64,000 nt of DNA from Trichormus sp. ATA11-4-KO1. Lineage in GTDB: Bacteria; Cyanobacteriota; Cyanobacteriia; Cyanobacteriales; Nostocaceae. The translations under genes and the position numbers were made by a program. The DNA is taken from positions 64,001 through 128,000 of the forward strand of contig JAHHIM010000010.1 in assembly GCA_019358915.1 (NCBI GenBank), given 5' to 3'. Position 1 is the first letter of the stretch. Each line of letters opens with the position of its first letter. Under the pieces are notes generated by a model, which saw nothing but the letters and a program-made list of their open reading frames with translations, was not told the DNA's origin and ran no database searches. Shown here one piece after another: positions 60,991-64,000 of the stretch.

Positions 60991-61499
60991 GCTCCTGACT
61001 AACAGGTGAATTCAAGCAGAGAAACATTTGACGCTAGGAAAACCGGATAACTGTAGGCAAACTCCATAACTAATTTCCTTACCAAAATCAGGCTGGAATT
61101 CCCATATTTAGCCGATAGTTTTTATGTATCAGATGTCACTTTGCCAAATCAAACCTACTAGTTAGAGATTAATTCTGTGCAAAGGAAGAGTTAAAAACAA
61201 CTTAATTTTTGCATTTTTAACGTCAGTTTGATGAACCACTTTCTCCTCAACCTCCCCCTCCTAAAAGGCAAGAAAGGAGTAATAAAAAAATAGGCTTTTT
61301 ACTCCCATTTCCTTGGTAAGAAGAGAGGTAGGGAATGAGGTAAATACAATACAATATTTGTCGAACTCACATATATTTATTGTTTAGGATAAATTTATCC
61401 AAATCAAATGCATCTAAATCGTTATTAATTAATCTTCAGGTAAGGCTAATCAAAATAAAAATATCTATAATTTTTTTAAATAACTTTTTGGTTGACAGA

Positions 61500-61554
61500 T
61501 TTAACTAAAAACTGCTCATACTGAAGGTACAGTCAAGAGCAGTTTTTAGTTAAA
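61500..61554. terminator. Long inverted repeat, probable terminator
   Basis: 18-bp perfect arms TTTAACTAAAAACTGCTC/GAGCAGTTTTTAGTTAAA, 15 bp after the stop of 61570-61890. Confidence 0.65.
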
Positions 61555-61569
61555 ATGCCCAGATACAAT

Positions 61570-61890
61570 TTAGGCATCTTCCATTTCAAATTGCGCTACA
61601 GTCACAGCGTTAAAGGCAAATGCTAAAACTAATGGCATAGGACACTTCAATATAACTGTAGAAACGACCGCGACAATTGTGCCAATCACTGCCGATGCTG
61701 ACCATACTCTTTCCTCAACAGTTAATCCTTTTTCAGCTTTAATTAAGTTGAGGACATGATGGGGAATTGGTTCTGGCATTACTCCTCCAGGCGGAAAAGC
61801 CCAGTAGTTGTTGCGCCGCTCGACAAATAATTCTGTCCAGCCATTTTCTTGGCACCATGCTTCAATCCAATCAACAGAGTAATGTGTCAT
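61570..61890 (-). CDS. Conserved cyanobacterial hypothetical membrane protein
   Basis: WIEAWCQENGWT...YWAFPPGGVMP motif and C-terminal TM hairpin. Confidence 0.75.
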   Translation of the reverse strand: MTHYSVDWIEAWCQENGWTELFVERRNNYWAFPPGGVMPEPIPHHVLNLIKAEKGLTVEERVWSASAVIGTIVAVVSTVILKCPMPLVLAFAFNAVTVAQFEMEDA

Positions 61891-62294
61891 AACGGTGTTG
61901 GTAATCGGCTTGTGGAATTTGTGTAGGTTGGTGAATATAATTTGTGGGAGATTCCTGAATAGTTAAACAATTATTATGCAGTTACAGGTCATGCTCCTCT
62001 TGTAAAGCTGTATAAGCATTTTCAACATCTAATTATTGCTTAACTGCTCATCATAATTAACAGATTAACAGCCACTAGAAGTTGTTGAACTCAAAATACA
62101 ATAATCTTTACTTGGAAATTTAGATGTCAAGAATTGTAAATAACTTAGTAAAACTATTTGTATCCCAAAATTGTTTTTTTTAAGTCAAGAATTGTAAATA
62201 TTTAAGTAAGCAATGACTTAATTTGATTCTTAAACATATATAAACACAATCCTAATTAACAAATCGGCTAAAAAACTATACCTTGCGAATGAAT

Positions 62295-62411
62295 TAAGTA
62301 GGTGGGTGGGAAAATTTATCGCTAGGATAAGGCAGGAGGCAGAAGGGAAGAGGGTTTTAAGCTGATTCATTTTTCTTTACATAGTTGATTTTATTTGTGC
62401 CTACCTACTTA
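62295..62411. mobile_element. MITE, TAAGTAGGT family, copy 2 (inverted relative to 28093-28226)
   Basis: Reverse complement of copy 1 with fewer CTGCCTT heptamers. Confidence 0.87.
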
Positions 62412-62576
62412 CTCAATCTGGAAGCATAAATTACTGCTTAGATATCGTAGGGCGATCGCCACTAGCGGCATAACATAAATTTAAGTATAATAAAATACAT
62501 AAAATGCTTAATTGTTAACTTATCTAAATGCGGTAAGCTGAAAGAGAATGACAAAAAACAACAGTAGCTACCGTAT

Positions 62577-63065
62577 ATGTTTTGGCAGCAAGGATTAGCG
62601 TTTATTTTGGGGATTGTGGTATTTTTCCAGGCTTACCCGGCATTGGCGGATTGGACTCATCCCATGTCATTTAGTAATGCAGAGTTAGCCAGACGTGATT
62701 TTTCTGGTCAAAGTTTACAAGCGGCTGAGTTCTCTAACGCCAATATGGAATTGGCTAACTTTAAAGATGCGGACTTGCGGGGAGCAGTCATGAGCGCTTC
62801 GGTGATGACGCAAGCGAATTTACATGGAGCGGATTTAACTAATGCTATGGTGGATCAGGTAAAGTTAACAGGGGCTGATTTGAGTGATGCCATTTTCAAA
62901 GAAGCTCTTTTGCTCCGCTCCATCTTTACTGGTGTGAATATAGACAGCGCAGATTTTACAGATGCAATTTTGGATGGAGCACAAATTAAAGAACTGTGTC
63001 ACAAAGCCAGTGGAGTCAACTCTAAAACTGGCGTAGAAACTCGTGATTCTCTAGGATGTCGATGA
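62577..63065 (+). CDS. Pentapeptide repeat protein with a signal peptide
   Basis: A(D/N)LxG repeats, signal peptide ending ALA, C-terminal LC...TRDSLGC. Confidence 0.9.
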   Translation: MFWQQGLAFILGIVVFFQAYPALADWTHPMSFSNAELARRDFSGQSLQAAEFSNANMELANFKDADLRGAVMSASVMTQANLHGADLTNAMVDQVKLTGADLSDAIFKEALLLRSIFTGVNIDSADFTDAILDGAQIKELCHKASGVNSKTGVETRDSLGCR

Positions 63066-64000
63066 AGCGTATTGGTGTAATTGGTGGTGGACAACTGGCC
63101 TGGATGATGGGGGATGCAGCCAAGAAGTTAGGCGTGGAATTGGTGGTGCAGACTCCCAGTAGCCATGATCCTGCTGTATCCATCGCCCAGGATGTTATTT
63201 TAGCCCCAGTTGATGATGCGATCGCTACAGAGGTTTTAGCAGCAAAAACTGATGTCATCACCTTTGAAAATGAATTTGTTAATTTAGATGCTTTATCTTT
63301 TTTAGAACATCAAGTTGTTTGCTTTCGACCCAGATTGGCAGCTTTAGTTCCTCTTTTAGATAAATATCATCAGCGCTGTTATTTACAGAATTTGGGATTG
63401 CCTATTCCTCGGTTTTTCGCCCTTAACCAGCAGGAAAATCTTGCATCTCAAATAGAACACCTGGGTTTTCCAGTTGTCTTAAAATCCAGACGGCACGGTT
63501 ATGACGGTCAGGGTACTTTCATTATTAAAGATTTAGCGACGTTGCAACAACAGCTAAATTCTGATGACACAAAAAATTTTAGTCAATCTCAATTTTTAAT
63601 CGAAGAATTTGTGCCTTTTGAACGAGAACTAGCAGTAATTGCTGCTCGTTCTGTAGCAGGTGAGGTTGTGACTTACCCAGTGGTAGAAACTCAACAAGAA
63701 CAACAGGTGTGTCGGCGAGTGATTGCACCAGCTGATATTACACCTGATCAAGCGGCAGAAATAGAAGCGATCGCCCATACTCTATTAAATAGCTTGCAAG
63801 TAGTGGGAGTTTTTGGTATTGAACTATTTCTCACCACCACAGGTAAGGTATTGGTGAATGAAATTGCCCCCCGTACCCACAATTCTGGGCATTTCTCCTT
63901 AGACGCTTGCGAAACATCACAGTTTGAACAGCAATTAAGAGCGGTTTGTGGTTTACCTTTGGGAAATTCTGCTTTACGTTGTGCCAGTGCTGTCATGGTC
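63062..64000 (+). CDS. purK: N5-carboxyaminoimidazole ribonucleotide synthase (runs off the window end)
   Basis: Read directly from sequence: ATG at 63062, MKRIGVIGGGQLA, ITFENE, HGYDGQG, NEIAPRTHNSGH; absent from the ORF track because there is no stop in the window. Confidence 0.94.
   Translation, partial: MKRIGVIGGGQLAWMMGDAAKKLGVELVVQTPSSHDPAVSIAQDVILAPVDDAIATEVLAAKTDVITFENEFVNLDALSFLEHQVVCFRPRLAALVPLLDKYHQRCYLQNLGLPIPRFFALNQQENLASQIEHLGFPVVLKSRRHGYDGQGTFIIKDLATLQQQLNSDDTKNFSQSQFLIEEFVPFERELAVIAARSVAGEVVTYPVVETQQEQQVCRRVIAPADITPDQAAEIEAIAHTLLNSLQVVGVFGIELFLTTTGKVLVNEIAPRTHNSGHFSLDACETSQFEQQLRAVCGLPLGNSALRCASAVMV

Noticed and set aside
63022..63996. Short minus-strand ORFs at the window end
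   Set aside because: Antisense to purK, which occupies the plus strand from 63062

Overview
A 64 kb window of chromosomal DNA from a filamentous, probably heterocyst-forming (Nostocaceae-like) cyanobacterium. This assignment is inferred from dense HIP1 (GCGATCGC) sites, heptameric STRR repeats, psaD, ndhD and ftrV. The backbone is housekeeping: ppx, plqA/ubiA, xfp, ndhD, thrB, thrS, trpE, purQ/purS/purA/purK, zur, rplY, phoD and add. Many small accessory inserts interrupt it: toxin-antitoxin modules (several decayed), Uma2 and DUF29 genes, an orphan eCIS-type DUF4157/AAA-ATPase pair, IS1 and IS982 remnants, and at least four MITE families. The most notable signal is a 1,343-bp merR-merF-copZ-like unit (31588-32930) with the hallmarks of an integron gene cassette. 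It has a canonical attC fold at its 3' end and the exactly complementary GTTATACTGC core at its 5' end, and no integrase or cassette array is visible in the window. A second theme is rearrangement junctions that fall exactly on HIP1 sites: an internal deletion in IS1, and a 53-bp duplication of the thrS 3' end flanking a TA module. No tRNA, rRNA or CRISPR array was seen. All product calls come from motif recognition by eye, with no database searches.
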